DNA from: Acidobacteriota bacterium | Lineage (GTDB): Bacteria > Acidobacteriota > UBA6911 | Reading direction: 5' to 3' | Assembly: GCA_012729555.1 (NCBI GenBank) | Contig: JAAYCX010000012.1 | Span: 86,519-150,518, forward strand | DNA length: 64,000 nt | In this document: piece by piece, positions 9,671-19,733 of the stretch | Layout: every line of letters starts with the position of its first letter | How positions within the stretch are numbered: position 1 is the first letter of the stretch | Translations under genes and position numbers: made by a program | Notes under the pieces: generated by a model | The model's input: only the letters and a program-made list of their open reading frames with translations | Databases searched by the model: none | Told to the model about the DNA's origin: nothing

Positions 9671-10087
9671 TCACAGGAAGGGATTTTCGATCCGCAGGCC
9701 CGCGATGATCTGTTTGTTGTTCAGATCTTCCGAAAGAATCCTTGCAGCCCCGCTCCTGACGGCGGAAGCCACAATGAGGGCATCCCAGAACCCGATCCTG
9801 GCTTCGTCCTCGATCCGAAACGCCAGGTCGAGTTCAGCCGATGTGATGACGGCGCACCAGAGGGCATAGCTGGCAAGAATGAGACGCGCGGTCGGCTTCG
9901 GCAGGGGTTGCGCGATCTTGCGGGTCACATTCACGTAAAATTCCTGCAATACCTGGGTACTGAGAACTCCGCAGCGATCCGCCCACAGATCAAGAAGGAT
10001 GCCCTTTGCCCTTGCCTGTTTGGCCCCGGAATCCGCATCGTGCGCATAAATCAGCACATTCGTGTCAATAAAGGTCTTATCGCTCAT
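9671..10087 (-). CDS. vapC: Type II toxin VapC (PIN domain ribonuclease)
   Basis: FIDTNVLIYA N-terminal PIN acidic residue, conserved D/E residues, 138 aa, overlaps upstream antitoxin gene by 11 nt. Confidence 0.8.
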   Translation of the reverse strand: MSDKTFIDTNVLIYAHDADSGAKQARAKGILLDLWADRCGVLSTQVLQEFYVNVTRKIAQPLPKPTARLILASYALWCAVITSAELDLAFRIEDEARIGFWDALIVASAVRSGAARILSEDLNNKQIIAGLRIENPFL

Positions 10088-10331
10088 GCAACTCTTCCCG
10101 GCCGGCGGAAATCACTCCGCCCATGTGAAAAGGCTTGTCCAGAAGAGCGATGGCCTGCCGTTCGGCTTGAATGTAAGCCTCGTCCGCCCGAACCAAATCC
10201 TCGAGCTGCTGGGAGAGAAGGCCGCTGATCGACGTTTCCCGCCGGGCCGCAATGACCTTGGCTTTTCGAAGTAAATGCCGGCTCAGGCTGATGGTGATGT
10301 TCTGCTTGTCGCTGTTTCCGGATGGCGTCAT
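10077..10331 (-). CDS. vapB: Type II antitoxin, ribbon-helix-helix (VapB/CopG-like)
   Basis: 84 aa, RHH-like ITISLSRHLLRKAKVIAARRETSISGLLS, immediately upstream of and overlapping PIN toxin. Confidence 0.6.
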   Translation of the reverse strand: MTPSGNSDKQNITISLSRHLLRKAKVIAARRETSISGLLSQQLEDLVRADEAYIQAERQAIALLDKPFHMGGVISAGREELHER

Positions 10332-10350
10332 GGCGAACCCCCTAAATTAG

Positions 10351-10374
10351 CACGTAATTTACGTGTATCACGTA
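10351..10374. promoter_or_regulatory. Putative VapB operator: inverted repeat CACGTA-att-TACGTG plus third half-site CACGTA
   Basis: Near-perfect palindrome 20-45 nt upstream of vapB start in AT-rich promoter region. Confidence 0.4.
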
Positions 10375-10651
10375 TTTTGCGTGGCGTCAAGCGGGTCCCG
10401 GCCGGTTCGCAAATCGTTGAGAAGGATATGACGGATCCTCTGCCGTTTTCCTCCGGGTACCGGCATTCGCTTCCCTGATAGGCGTCATTATGTCGACTGC
10501 GAAGGCATCATCTCGAATATGGGGGCAGTGCAACCGACGGTCGGGCCAATCATCATCGATTTTGAACGAACCGGTGTTTTTTGCATCCTGGTCGTGTTTT
10601 GCCTCATTTTCGCAATGCCGTCGGGTGACTGAAGAGCATCGGATCTCTTTT

Positions 10652-12448
10652 TCAATAAAGGTAGACGGCCCCACTGTAGGAGGCCAGGTTGTTGTCTGCG
10701 TCGCCACCGATACCGGTTGCATTGCTTTCTTCATCAGGAGCGCCGGCCGCCAGGGTCAATCCGTCCCAGGAAAGATCGACGGCGTGGCCGAAGACGTCCA
10801 GGGGTTCCGTGTTTGAAGCCTTGATATAACTGTAAACAAAAAAGTTCCTGTCCGGACGATAGAACAGGTAGACGGCTCCGCTGTCTTCGGCGGAATCGTC
10901 CGAGCTGTCTCCGCCGATTCCTATATCCCAGCTGTCCTCGAACGGTGCTCCCACCGCCAGGGAAACGCCGTCGCCGGAAAGCGAAACCGAACTTCCGAAT
11001 GCATCCCCGGTTCCCGCGCTCGAGGCTTTGAGGTAGTCCTTCTGTGTCCAGAGACCGCTGGAATATTCAAAGACATAGACGGCGCCGCTATCGACAACGG
11101 CCTCGTTGCCCGCGCCCGGGCCGTTCCCGTCTTCGCCGGGCGCTCCGACCGCGAGAGTGTTTCCGTCCGCGGAAAGAGAAACCGAGAAACCGAAATAATC
11201 CATCGATTCGGCGTTGGAAGCCTTGATGAATGCCGCAGCGTTCCCCCAGGTGTTTCCGGTCCGGGTAAATACGAAAACAGCGCCGCTGTCCGGCAGGGCG
11301 TTGTCCTGTCCAAAGCTGCTTTCGCTGTCGTTGAAATCGTTCCCTACGGCCAGAACGCCGCCATCCTCCGAGAGAGCCAGGGAGGAACCGAACTGGTCGT
11401 TGATGTCGACATCCAAGGGGGGCTTGAGGTACGCCTGCTGTTGCCAGTCAAGGCCGTCCCGGAAAAACAGATAGACGGCTCCGCTGTCCGGGACGGAGTT
11501 GTCGATCGGGTTGCCCGCGCTGTCTTCTCTCATTGCGGAGACGGCGAGGGTGTTTCCGTCTCCCGAAAGCGCGAGCCTTTCACCGAACCGATCCCCCTCG
11601 TCCTGAAGGAAAGCCTTTATGAGGGAACCAGGGGCCCATGAGTTCCCGGCGCGCGTGAAGATATAGACCGCGCCGCTGTCCGGCATGGAATTGTCATCCT
11701 CCCCACCGGTGGAGCCGCTGTCTTCATACATCGCTCCAACCGCAAGGGTGTCTCCATAATACGAAAGGGCAACCTGTCCCCCGAATTCATCGAAGGATTC
11801 CGCGTTCCAGGCCTTGAGGTATGCCTCCTGCTCCCAGCCGGATATCGTATAGGCGAAAATATAGACCGCTCCGCTTGCCGGTGCGGAGTTGTCCATCTGG
11901 CTGCCGGAATAGCCCGGATCGCCCGGATGCCATGCGCCGGTGGCGGCGCTGCTTTCATAGGGGGCCCCGACAGCCAGCGTCCGTCCGTCCCCGGAAAGCG
12001 CCACCGAGACGCCAAAACCATCGTATTCCCCGGTATTCGATGCCTTGAAATATCCCACGGCATCGGCCAGGGACCCGGTCACGAAAACCTCGCCCATACT
12101 CTGGTAAAACCCGTTACGCAAGGCTTCCAGAATATAGGAGGCGTTGATTCGGTCGGGCAGCGGAACATACAGGTCGTAGAACGTGGTGTCTGCATCGATC
12201 GTGGCTATGACGCTATAGCCCGATTGGCCATCAGGGTCTTCCAGCAGCCTGTACGCGGTTTCATTGGAAACATCCGTCCATGTAAAATGAAAAATATTCA
12301 CCTGCCGGAATTCGAGTTGGAGCGTGGGAGACGGAGGATTGCCTCCTGTCCGCCCGTCACCAGCGCAGGAACAAAGGCCCAGGATGAGGACCAGGTGAAG
12401 GATGGACCATAGGAAATTCTGAATTCTAGGCGAATGTGACAGCTTCAT
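10652..12448 (-). CDS. FG-GAP repeat (integrin-alpha-like beta-propeller) lipoprotein
   Basis: ~7 repeats of FG..-GDG-T/LAVGAP...DSGAVY; signal/lipobox LILGLCSC; RBS AAGGAG; upstream extension of the ORF rejected. Confidence 0.7.
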   Translation of the reverse strand: MKLSHSPRIQNFLWSILHLVLILGLCSCAGDGRTGGNPPSPTLQLEFRQVNIFHFTWTDVSNETAYRLLEDPDGQSGYSVIATIDADTTFYDLYVPLPDRINASYILEALRNGFYQSMGEVFVTGSLADAVGYFKASNTGEYDGFGVSVALSGDGRTLAVGAPYESSAATGAWHPGDPGYSGSQMDNSAPASGAVYIFAYTISGWEQEAYLKAWNAESFDEFGGQVALSYYGDTLAVGAMYEDSGSTGGEDDNSMPDSGAVYIFTRAGNSWAPGSLIKAFLQDEGDRFGERLALSGDGNTLAVSAMREDSAGNPIDNSVPDSGAVYLFFRDGLDWQQQAYLKPPLDVDINDQFGSSLALSEDGGVLAVGNDFNDSESSFGQDNALPDSGAVFVFTRTGNTWGNAAAFIKASNAESMDYFGFSVSLSADGNTLAVGAPGEDGNGPGAGNEAVVDSGAVYVFEYSSGLWTQKDYLKASSAGTGDAFGSSVSLSGDGVSLAVGAPFEDSWDIGIGGDSSDDSAEDSGAVYLFYRPDRNFFVYSYIKASNTEPLDVFGHAVDLSWDGLTLAAGAPDEESNATGIGGDADNNLASYSGAVYLY

Positions 12449-12682
12449 GAGATACATATCTCCTTGGTTTTCGGAATCACAGCTCTTCCCTTTATTGATT
12501 GGATGATGATCGTTGAATTTCTTATCAGAAAGAATTCCCGGTTCTTCGGAGGACGCCGTTTTGCCGGTCCTTTTCCATTCTGTGCCATTCAATCCGGCCG
12601 GCCCGGGGGGACTTTTCGAACGCGCTGTGACATAATGGCGTTTGGTGCCTTACGCTATGAACAGAGACGGAACCGGCAATCG

Positions 12683-14032
12683 ATGAAATGGCGGCTGCTC
12701 CTATTCCTGCTCCTTCTGGGCCCCGCGGAGCTTCACGCGGACGTGGCGCTGCTGCTCGAGCAACCGCACAGCGCCTTCGGGTCGTTCAACCCCACCGGGC
12801 ACATGGCCGTCTACCTGTCGCGCGTCTGCGCCGAGTCTCCCACCGAGCTGCGCCGCTGCCGCGCCGGCGAGCGCGGGGTCGTCCTCAGCCGCTACTCCGG
12901 CATCGGGGGCTACGACTGGCTCGCCATGCCGCCGGTCCCCTACTTCTACGCGGTCGAGCAGCCGGAGGAGGCGCCCGCCGCCGCCGACCGGGCGGAGGTC
13001 GCCCGGCTGCGCGAGGAGTACCGGGCGCGGCACCTGCGGGAGCTGGTGCCGGACGAAGCGGCGCGGCGGGAGCCCGAGGGGCGCTGGACCCAGCTCGTGG
13101 GAGCGGCCTACGAACGCAAGATCTACGTCTTCCAGCTGGAAACGGACGCGGAGGCGGACGACGCTCTCATCGAGCGCCTCAACTCGGGCCCCAACCGGAG
13201 GCGCTTCCACCTCCTGTTGCGCAACTGCGCCGATTTCGCCAAGGACATCGTCAATTTCTACTATCCCAGGGCGCTGCGGCGCAGCATCCTGGCCGACGCC
13301 GGGATCACCACCCCGAAGCAGATGGCCAAGGGTTTGGCCCGGTTCAGCCGGCGCCGGCCCGAACTCGCTTTTTCCGCTTTCGCCATCCCCCAGGTCGAGG
13401 GGGAACTGGGGCGCAGCCGGCCGGTGCGCGGGGTGCTGGAATCGCTGGTGCGCTCGAAGAGGTATATCGTACCCCTGGCGCTGGTGACCCCATGGGTCGC
13501 CGTCGGGGGCGCGGTGGCGTACGTGACCGGGGGGCGTTTCAATCCCGAAAAGCTCGCTCCGGACCTCCTCGAGCCCGGGGAACTGGCCCGTTTCCTTGCG
13601 ACCGGCCCATCCCCCTCGCGCCTCTCAGTGGATCTTCTCGACCTCGGCCTGCCTCCGGCCGAGGAGGAAGGCGGCCACGACGATGAGGGCGGCCCCCGCG
13701 ACGATCAGGACGCCCGAGGCGGCCCGGGGAGGCTCGAGGGCATAGACGTAAAAGTAGAAGAAGATGGGGGTGATCTGGACCGACAGCTGCTGCACCGGGA
13801 TCACGTTGCTGGCCTGGGCGAACTTGAAGGCCTCGTTGGTCTGCCGGATGCCCAGGACGTTGCAGCCCACGAGGATGACGCTCGCCAGCGCGAACAGCCC
13901 CGTCTGGCCCCACGACCCGTCGCCGGCCAGGACGACGGCGCCGACGGCCAAAAGCGGGCTGATCCAGAAGTTCGAGATCGCGAAGGGAAACCCGTTCGAA
14001 AAGGCCATGACGGTCCCCTTGCGCCGGGATAG
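12683..14032 (+). CDS. Hypothetical secreted protein; 3' end uncertain (no stop until 14032, overlaps convergent transporter gene)
   Basis: Signal peptide MKWRLLLFLLLLGPAELHA; conserved-looking core to ~13620; C-terminal ~135 aa are charged low-complexity typical of antisense-of-membrane-gene translation. Confidence 0.4.
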   Translation: MKWRLLLFLLLLGPAELHADVALLLEQPHSAFGSFNPTGHMAVYLSRVCAESPTELRRCRAGERGVVLSRYSGIGGYDWLAMPPVPYFYAVEQPEEAPAAADRAEVARLREEYRARHLRELVPDEAARREPEGRWTQLVGAAYERKIYVFQLETDAEADDALIERLNSGPNRRRFHLLLRNCADFAKDIVNFYYPRALRRSILADAGITTPKQMAKGLARFSRRRPELAFSAFAIPQVEGELGRSRPVRGVLESLVRSKRYIVPLALVTPWVAVGGAVAYVTGGRFNPEKLAPDLLEPGELARFLATGPSPSRLSVDLLDLGLPPAEEEGGHDDEGGPRDDQDARGGPGRLEGIDVKVEEDGGDLDRQLLHRDHVAGLGELEGLVGLPDAQDVAAHEDDARQREQPRLAPRPVAGQDDGADGQKRADPEVRDREGKPVRKGHDGPLAPG

Positions 14033-14527
14033 GCGCATGGCCTGCAGGTGGGTGGCGGCCCAGAGCAGGAAGAGGCCCGCGGTGAGGATGGCGACGCGCG
14101 ACGCCGTGCCGGGGTCGCCGAGGCGCTCCCGGACGACGTCGACGCTGATTTCGAGCTCGCTCAGGCCGAGCAGGACGATGCCGGCCATCAGCATGGCGAT
14201 GCCCGCGCACTCGGACAGGTTGAGCGCCTCCCCGATGAGGCGGACCGAACCGACGGCCAGGACGACCAGTCCCGCGGCCATCAGCCCCGGTACCAGCGCC
14301 GGCCCGATCAGCGCCTGCGCGATCATGAAGGCGCAGGTGCCGACCCCGTATTCGAGCCCCAGCCCGGCCAGCCAGCGCCGGTCCCGGAGCAGCGTCTTCA
14401 GGAACCGTTGCGCCCTGTCATCGGGCGTCATGTCGTTGACGGCCTTTTTCTGCAGCAGGATGCCCGACTGCATGCAGACCCCGCAGAAGACGGCGGAGGC
14501 GACGCCGAGAGCGTAATCGAGATTCAT
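13625..14527 (-). CDS. DMT-superfamily (EamA/NIPA-like) membrane transporter
   Basis: 300 aa, ~10 predicted TM helices with two repeated halves. Confidence 0.6.
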   Translation of the reverse strand: MNLDYALGVASAVFCGVCMQSGILLQKKAVNDMTPDDRAQRFLKTLLRDRRWLAGLGLEYGVGTCAFMIAQALIGPALVPGLMAAGLVVLAVGSVRLIGEALNLSECAGIAMLMAGIVLLGLSELEISVDVVRERLGDPGTASRVAILTAGLFLLWAATHLQAMRLSRRKGTVMAFSNGFPFAISNFWISPLLAVGAVVLAGDGSWGQTGLFALASVILVGCNVLGIRQTNEAFKFAQASNVIPVQQLSVQITPIFFYFYVYALEPPRAASGVLIVAGAALIVVAAFLLGRRQAEVEKIH

Positions 14528-14588
14528 AACCCTCTAAGGATGGCACACCCGGCGTCGCCGCCGCAGGGCGGATTCCGAATCATGCGGA

Positions 14589-16457
14589 TTACCACGTCAA
14601 ACCGTGGCCGTATGGGAAGAGCGGATCGTACCGCTCTTCGGGCGTGTGGATGTTGAGCGGAAGCTGCCCGTTCGCGCGCGGCCAGGAGAAGGACAGCTTC
14701 CCCGTCGGCGTGTGGTCCCCGAACAGGACGTCCGTGATCCCCTTCCCCTCGGTCCCCGGGAGGAAGGCGGCCAGGAGGGCGGCCGACTGCCCGGGCACGT
14801 CGCCGAGGACCAGCGGCCGGCCCGAGATCACCAGGGTCACCACCGGGATCCCCGCCTTTTTCAGGTTGGCCATCGTCGCCCGGTCCTCCGGGTCGAGCCC
14901 CAGGTCGTCGCGGTCCCCCACCCCTTCGGCGTACGGCTTCTCCCCGATCACGGCGACGGCGATCGTGGCCCCCTCGGCCCCGGCGCCGTCCCGCGAGTAG
15001 GTCACCCGCGTCTCCGGGGAAACGGCCGACCGGATGGCCGCGAGCACGGTGGTCCCCCCCGGGGTGACGCGCCCGCCCTGCCCCTGCCAGCGGATGGTCC
15101 AGCCGCCGCACTGGTTGCCGATGTCGTCCGCGTTCTTGCCCGCCACGTGAATGCGGGCCGTCTCCTTCGCCAGCGGCAGAACCCCGCCCTCGTTCTTGAG
15201 CACCACCACCGATTTGCGCACCGCCTCGCGGGCCACGGCCCGGCGGGCTTCGGAACCGAAGACCTGGTGCAGTTTGCGGTCCGCCAGCTGCGACCGGCCC
15301 TTGTCCATCAGCCCCATGGCGAACTTCACCCGCAGGATGCGGGTCACGGCGTCGTCGATGCGCGCCATCGGCACCCGCCCCTCGTCGACCAGTTCCCTGA
15401 GGGTGTCGAAGAACCTCCGGTATCGGTCCGTCTCCATGGCCATGTCGATCCCGGCGTTGACGGCGATTTCGACCGAGGTCTTGTAGTCGTCGGGCCGGAT
15501 CTCGGCGATGGCGTTGTAGTCGGAAATCAGGAAGCCTTCGAATCCCAGCTCCCCCTTGAGAATCTCGGTCAGCAGCCGGCGGCTGCCGGTGCACTTGACC
15601 CCGTTCCAGCTGCTGTAGGAGGGCATGATGCTGCCGACTCCGGCCCGGATGGCCGCGACATAGCCCGGGAGGTGGATCCGGCGCAGCGTCGATTCGTCCA
15701 CCCGCGTGTCCCCCCGGTCGAGCCAGAGGCGGGCGCCCGGCGCCGCCGGCGCCCCAGGTATCGGTGAGACGCTCGGCCCGGTCCCGCCGTCCCCCACGAA
15801 GTGTTTGGCGCAGGCCAGGACCGAGAGCGGGTGCCCGAGGTCCCCCTGCAGCCCGCGCACCGCCGCCTCCCCGAGGGTGGCCACCAGTTCGGGGTCTTCG
15901 GAAAAGCCTTCGTAGGTGCGCCCCCAGCGGATATCCTGGGGAACGGCGACGCAGGGGCTGAAGGTCCACTGGATCCCCGTGGCTCGCACCTCCTCGGCCG
16001 TGATCCGGTTGATCTTCTCGACCAGTTCCGGGTCGCGCGTGCACCCCAGGGCGATGTTATGGGGAAAGATGACGGCGCCCAGGACGTTGCTGTGGCCGTG
16101 CACCGCGTCCACCCCGTACAGCACCGGAATCCCGAGCCGCGACTTCATCGCCTCCGCCTGCACCCGGTCGTACAGGTCGGTCCAGGCCTCGAGCGTGTTC
16201 CCCTCCACGGGATCGGAATCCCCCCCGCTGAGCACCGAGCCGATGAAATATTTCTGCATGTCGCCCGGGCTGGCCATCACGGGCCCCTGCTCCGGCTGGG
16301 TCATCTGCCCGATCTTCTCCTCGAGCGTCATCCGCGCCACGAGCGCCTTCGCCTCGGGGTCGTAGGACGCGAGGCTTTTGGGTTTGGGGTCCACAGGTGC
16401 CGTACTGCACCCAAGCAGAAGGCAGCAGACCGCCGCCGCGCACAGAGTGTATTTCAT
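14589..16457 (-). CDS. Glycoside hydrolase family 3 (beta-glucosidase/BglX-like) lipoprotein
   Basis: GH3 N-domain motifs [22 protein letters not shown]; lipobox LLGCS after [14 protein letters not shown]. Confidence 0.8.
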   Translation of the reverse strand: MKYTLCAAAVCCLLLGCSTAPVDPKPKSLASYDPEAKALVARMTLEEKIGQMTQPEQGPVMASPGDMQKYFIGSVLSGGDSDPVEGNTLEAWTDLYDRVQAEAMKSRLGIPVLYGVDAVHGHSNVLGAVIFPHNIALGCTRDPELVEKINRITAEEVRATGIQWTFSPCVAVPQDIRWGRTYEGFSEDPELVATLGEAAVRGLQGDLGHPLSVLACAKHFVGDGGTGPSVSPIPGAPAAPGARLWLDRGDTRVDESTLRRIHLPGYVAAIRAGVGSIMPSYSSWNGVKCTGSRRLLTEILKGELGFEGFLISDYNAIAEIRPDDYKTSVEIAVNAGIDMAMETDRYRRFFDTLRELVDEGRVPMARIDDAVTRILRVKFAMGLMDKGRSQLADRKLHQVFGSEARRAVAREAVRKSVVVLKNEGGVLPLAKETARIHVAGKNADDIGNQCGGWTIRWQGQGGRVTPGGTTVLAAIRSAVSPETRVTYSRDGAGAEGATIAVAVIGEKPYAEGVGDRDDLGLDPEDRATMANLKKAGIPVVTLVISGRPLVLGDVPGQSAALLAAFLPGTEGKGITDVLFGDHTPTGKLSFSWPRANGQLPLNIHTPEERYDPLFPYGHGLTW

Positions 16458-16513
16458 CGGTTCTCTCCGTTCCCGTAGTAAGGGTGAACCCGCGTTGTAT
16501 GCGATGACGGGCA

Positions 16514-16963
16514 TCAGGTTTCCAGCGTTTTCCCGCCGCCCCCCGCCGCATAGGACATGAGGATGTCCTTTCCCGCGGGGGTGGTCCGCCAGCCCTCTTC
16601 CCCGGGGGGGCGCTCGATGGCGCCCGCCTCCACCATCCAGAAGAGGAGGGTCTCCGGGTGATGGGACCCCGCGCGGATTTCGGGAAAGGGCCGCATCCAG
16701 CCGTAGATGTCCTTCTCGGCCCGGGGGGTGACGCAGAACTCGAGCAGCCTCAACAGCGGCCCCCGCAAGGCGGGATCCGCCTCGATCCGGCGCCGGATCC
16801 CTTCCGCGCTCACCGGCTCCGGCTCCGGCTCCGGTTCGGGCAGGGGCGGGGGGGTGGTTTCGGTGGAGGCGGGGGGCGCGCTCTCATCCTGTTCGGACCG
16901 CCGCGCCGGGAAGAGGCTGCGCCGCAGCAGGCCCCGGCGGCCGAACCGCTCCGCCGCAGCCAT
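16514..16963 (-). CDS. Hypothetical proline-rich protein
   Basis: 149-aa ORF between bactofilin and GH3 genes; PEPEPEPEP stretch. Confidence 0.35.
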   Translation of the reverse strand: MAAAERFGRRGLLRRSLFPARRSEQDESAPPASTETTPPPLPEPEPEPEPVSAEGIRRRIEADPALRGPLLRLLEFCVTPRAEKDIYGWMRPFPEIRAGSHHPETLLFWMVEAGAIERPPGEEGWRTTPAGKDILMSYAAGGGGKTLET

Positions 16964-17352
16964 CAGGAGGCCCTCGCCCCGGCGGTTTCCGCTTCTTCGG
17001 GCGCGTGCTCCGGTGCGGCAGCCGGCATCTCGATCCGGCCGTCGAACGTCCCCCCGCTTGCCATGAGGACCCGCCGGGCGACGATATCCCCCTGGACCCG
17101 CCCCTTCGGCCCTATTTCCAGGAGTTCCTCGGCCCGGAGCACCCCCTCGGCCCTGCCGCCCACGATGATACGGCGCGCCGCGATCTCTCCCCGGATCACG
17201 GCCCTTTCGGTGAGGATGACCTGGTCCGCTCTGATCTTGCCTCTTACGGTCCCGTCGAGGCGGAGGATCCCGGTCGAGGAGAGATCCCCCTCGAGCTCCG
17301 AGTCGGAGCCGAGGAAGGATTTCAGCTTCTCCCCGTCCCGGTTGAAGATCAC
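16963..17352 (-). CDS. Bactofilin family cytoskeletal protein
   Basis: Repetitive beta-helix pattern GxVxGxIxAxxV (LRLDGTVRGKIRADQVILTERAVIRGEIAARRIIVGGRAEG), ~130 aa. Confidence 0.7.
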   Translation of the reverse strand: MIFNRDGEKLKSFLGSDSELEGDLSSTGILRLDGTVRGKIRADQVILTERAVIRGEIAARRIIVGGRAEGVLRAEELLEIGPKGRVQGDIVARRVLMASGGTFDGRIEMPAAAPEHAPEEAETAGARAS

Positions 17353-18221
17353 ATCCTCACCGCGAGGTACGGCTGCGGATTGATGTTCCGGCCGTCCTTC
17401 CAGATCTCGTAATGAAGATGGGGGCCGGTGGCCCGTCCGGTGGAACCGACGTAGCCAATGACGTCCCCCTTGGACACCTGCTGTCCGACCTGGACCGCGT
17501 TCTTCTTGTTATGCGCGAAAATGGTGGAGAAACCGCAGCCATGCTCGACGACCACCACGTAGCCGCTCGTCCGGGTCCACCCCGAGTGGCTGACCACCCC
17601 GTCGGCGGTGGCCCGGATGGGGGTCCCGGGCCCCGAGGAGATGTCGATCCCCGAATGGAACGCGTCCCCCCCCGTCAGGGGGTCCTTCCTCCTCCCGTAG
17701 GAGGAGGTGATCCTTCCCTGCACCGGGTAGCCCCTGGGGGTGGCGACGAAAATATCCTTCTGGATGCGCAGGTAATTCTTGATCTCGTCCACGCTTTCCA
17801 GGGTGTGCTGGAGCTCTTCCACCAGCTCGGGGATTTCGAGCGAGCCCTTGAAGGAGGTATCGGCCTGTTCCAGGACCGCTTCCTTCGATCCCAGTGAAAA
17901 CAGGTTCCGGAACTCCTGCTCCACCGTCCTGAGCGAAGTCACCGTAGAGCTCCACTGGTAGAACTGGTCGGAATAGAAGCGGACCCTGGCGGCCATGGCG
18001 TTGTGCTGGGCCCGGTACTGCAACCCGCTGACGGCCAGGCTCACCACGCAGACGCCGCCGATGACGGCCAGCAGGAGGGAGAGCGCCAGCAGGGCGGCGG
18101 GGACCCTCACGTTCAGCGTCCTGACATGATCGTGGGGGATCACCAGGATGGTCACGGAGACACACGCCTTTTTCAAAAAAGCGCGCAGCTGCTTCATCGC
18201 GGATCTCAATGGTTCCATCAT
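17349..18221 (-). CDS. M23 family metallopeptidase (LytM-like)
   Basis: HSGIDI...G.VEHG.G..T.YAH, HLHYEI motifs; N-terminal TM; stop/start overlap with bactofilin gene. Confidence 0.8.
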   Translation of the reverse strand: MMEPLRSAMKQLRAFLKKACVSVTILVIPHDHVRTLNVRVPAALLALSLLLAVIGGVCVVSLAVSGLQYRAQHNAMAARVRFYSDQFYQWSSTVTSLRTVEQEFRNLFSLGSKEAVLEQADTSFKGSLEIPELVEELQHTLESVDEIKNYLRIQKDIFVATPRGYPVQGRITSSYGRRKDPLTGGDAFHSGIDISSGPGTPIRATADGVVSHSGWTRTSGYVVVVEHGCGFSTIFAHNKKNAVQVGQQVSKGDVIGYVGSTGRATGPHLHYEIWKDGRNINPQPYLAVRM

Positions 18222-18345
18222 TCGTTTGTCCCGCTTTGCCGGAAAATGGCTGCCCGAAATGCTCCCAGGCTAACACGCCCCCGATATCAAAACCGTGATC
18301 CCACTCACCAAAGCGCGCTTTTGCGTCCTTCCGGCCCGAGGGGCG

Positions 18346-19569
18346 TCAGCGCACCATGGCCTCGATCCGCTCCATCGCCTCGACCACCCGCTCGTACCGG
18401 TTGAAAGCGCTGATGCGGATGTAACCGCCGCCGCAGGGACCGAATCCGCTTCCCGGGGTGCACACCACGGCAGCCTCGCCCAGCATCCGGTCGAAAAAGT
18501 CCCAGGAATCGCCCCCCACCTGGACCCAGATATAGGGCGAGTTTTCACCGCCGACGGAGTGGAACCCGAGCCGGGTCATGACCGTCCGGATCAGTTCCGC
18601 GTTCCTGAGGTAGTCATCCGTCAGCGCGCGGACCTGCTGCTTCCCCTCCTCGGAGTATACGGCCTCGGCCGCCCGCTGGACGGGGTAGGCCACGCCATTG
18701 AACTTGGTCGTGTGCCGGCGGGTCCAGAGCGCGTGCAGGCTGTGGGCCTGCCCGGAATCGTCGGTCACCACGAGCGATTTGGGCACCACGGTGAAGGCGC
18801 AGCGGGTGCCGGTAAACCCCGCGGTCTTGGAAAAACTCCGGAACTCCACCGCGACCTCGCGCGCCCCCTCGATCTCGTAAATGGAGTGCGGGATCTCCGG
18901 GTCGCGGATGAAGGCCTCGTAGGCGGCATCGAAGAGGATCAGCGCCTTGCGCCTGTGCGCGTACTCCACCCACTCGGCCAGCTGGCCGCGGGTGGCGGTA
19001 GCGCCCGTGGGGTTGTTCGGAAAGCAGAGGTAGATGACGTCCACGCCCTCGTCGGGCGGGGCCGGCACGTAGTCGTTCTCCCGGGTCGAGGCAAGGTAGA
19101 CCAGTCCCTCGTAGCGGCCGTCCACGAAACGGCCCGTCCGTCCGGCCATGACGTTGGTGTCCACGTACACCGGGTAGACCGGGTCGGGGACCGCGACCCG
19201 CACGTCCGCCGGCAGCAGTTCCTGGAAATTCCCCGTGTCGCACTTGGCGCCGTCGCTGACGAAAATCTCGTCGGCCGATACTTCCGCCCCCAGCGCCTGG
19301 TAGTCGTTCCGGGCGATCGCCTCGCGCAGGAAACCGTACCCCTGCTCGGGGCCGTAACCGCGGAAGTGCTTTTCGGAGCCCATTTCGTCGATCGCCGAGT
19401 GAAAGGCGGAGATGCAGGCGGGGGGGAGCGGCCGGGTGACGTCCCCGATGCCCAGCCGGATGATGCTCCTGCCGGGGTTACGGCTCTCGAAAGCCTCGAT
19501 CCTCCGGGCGATGTCGGAGAACAGGTAGGAGGACTGGAGCTTTCGGTAATGCTGGTTAAACCGGACCAT
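18346..19569 (-). CDS. dapL: LL-diaminopimelate aminotransferase
   Basis: N-terminus [48 protein letters not shown] characteristic of DapL; PLP Lys region [10 protein letters not shown]. Confidence 0.8.
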   Translation of the reverse strand: MVRFNQHYRKLQSSYLFSDIARRIEAFESRNPGRSIIRLGIGDVTRPLPPACISAFHSAIDEMGSEKHFRGYGPEQGYGFLREAIARNDYQALGAEVSADEIFVSDGAKCDTGNFQELLPADVRVAVPDPVYPVYVDTNVMAGRTGRFVDGRYEGLVYLASTRENDYVPAPPDEGVDVIYLCFPNNPTGATATRGQLAEWVEYAHRRKALILFDAAYEAFIRDPEIPHSIYEIEGAREVAVEFRSFSKTAGFTGTRCAFTVVPKSLVVTDDSGQAHSLHALWTRRHTTKFNGVAYPVQRAAEAVYSEEGKQQVRALTDDYLRNAELIRTVMTRLGFHSVGGENSPYIWVQVGGDSWDFFDRMLGEAAVVCTPGSGFGPCGGGYIRISAFNRYERVVEAMERIEAMVR

Positions 19570-19684
19570 CGTCTATTCGTCCCTTTCAGCCATGGGGCAT
19601 GGAACTCCCGCACCCGGCAGGCGACGGGAAGGGTTGATCATAAGGCATTTTCGGGCGGTGAGTCAAATCGGATCGACATTACCG

Positions 19685-19712
19685 TTGACACCTTCCCGGA
19701 GCCCCCTATTAT
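19685..19712 (+). promoter_or_regulatory. Sigma70-like promoter for ilvE (-35 TTGACA, 16-nt spacer, -10 TATTAT)
   Basis: Consensus hexamers 22-49 nt upstream of ilvE ATG with GGAGGA RBS between. Confidence 0.45.
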
Positions 19713-19733
19713 AACAGCGGAGGATCGCGGGCC

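Noticed and set aside
14524-16044. Plus/minus alternative long ORFs over the GH3 gene (e.g. 14524..16044 -, 14604..15767 +)
   Set aside because: Overlapping frames of the GH3 gene without motifs. The GH3 frame (14589..16457) carries the family signatures.
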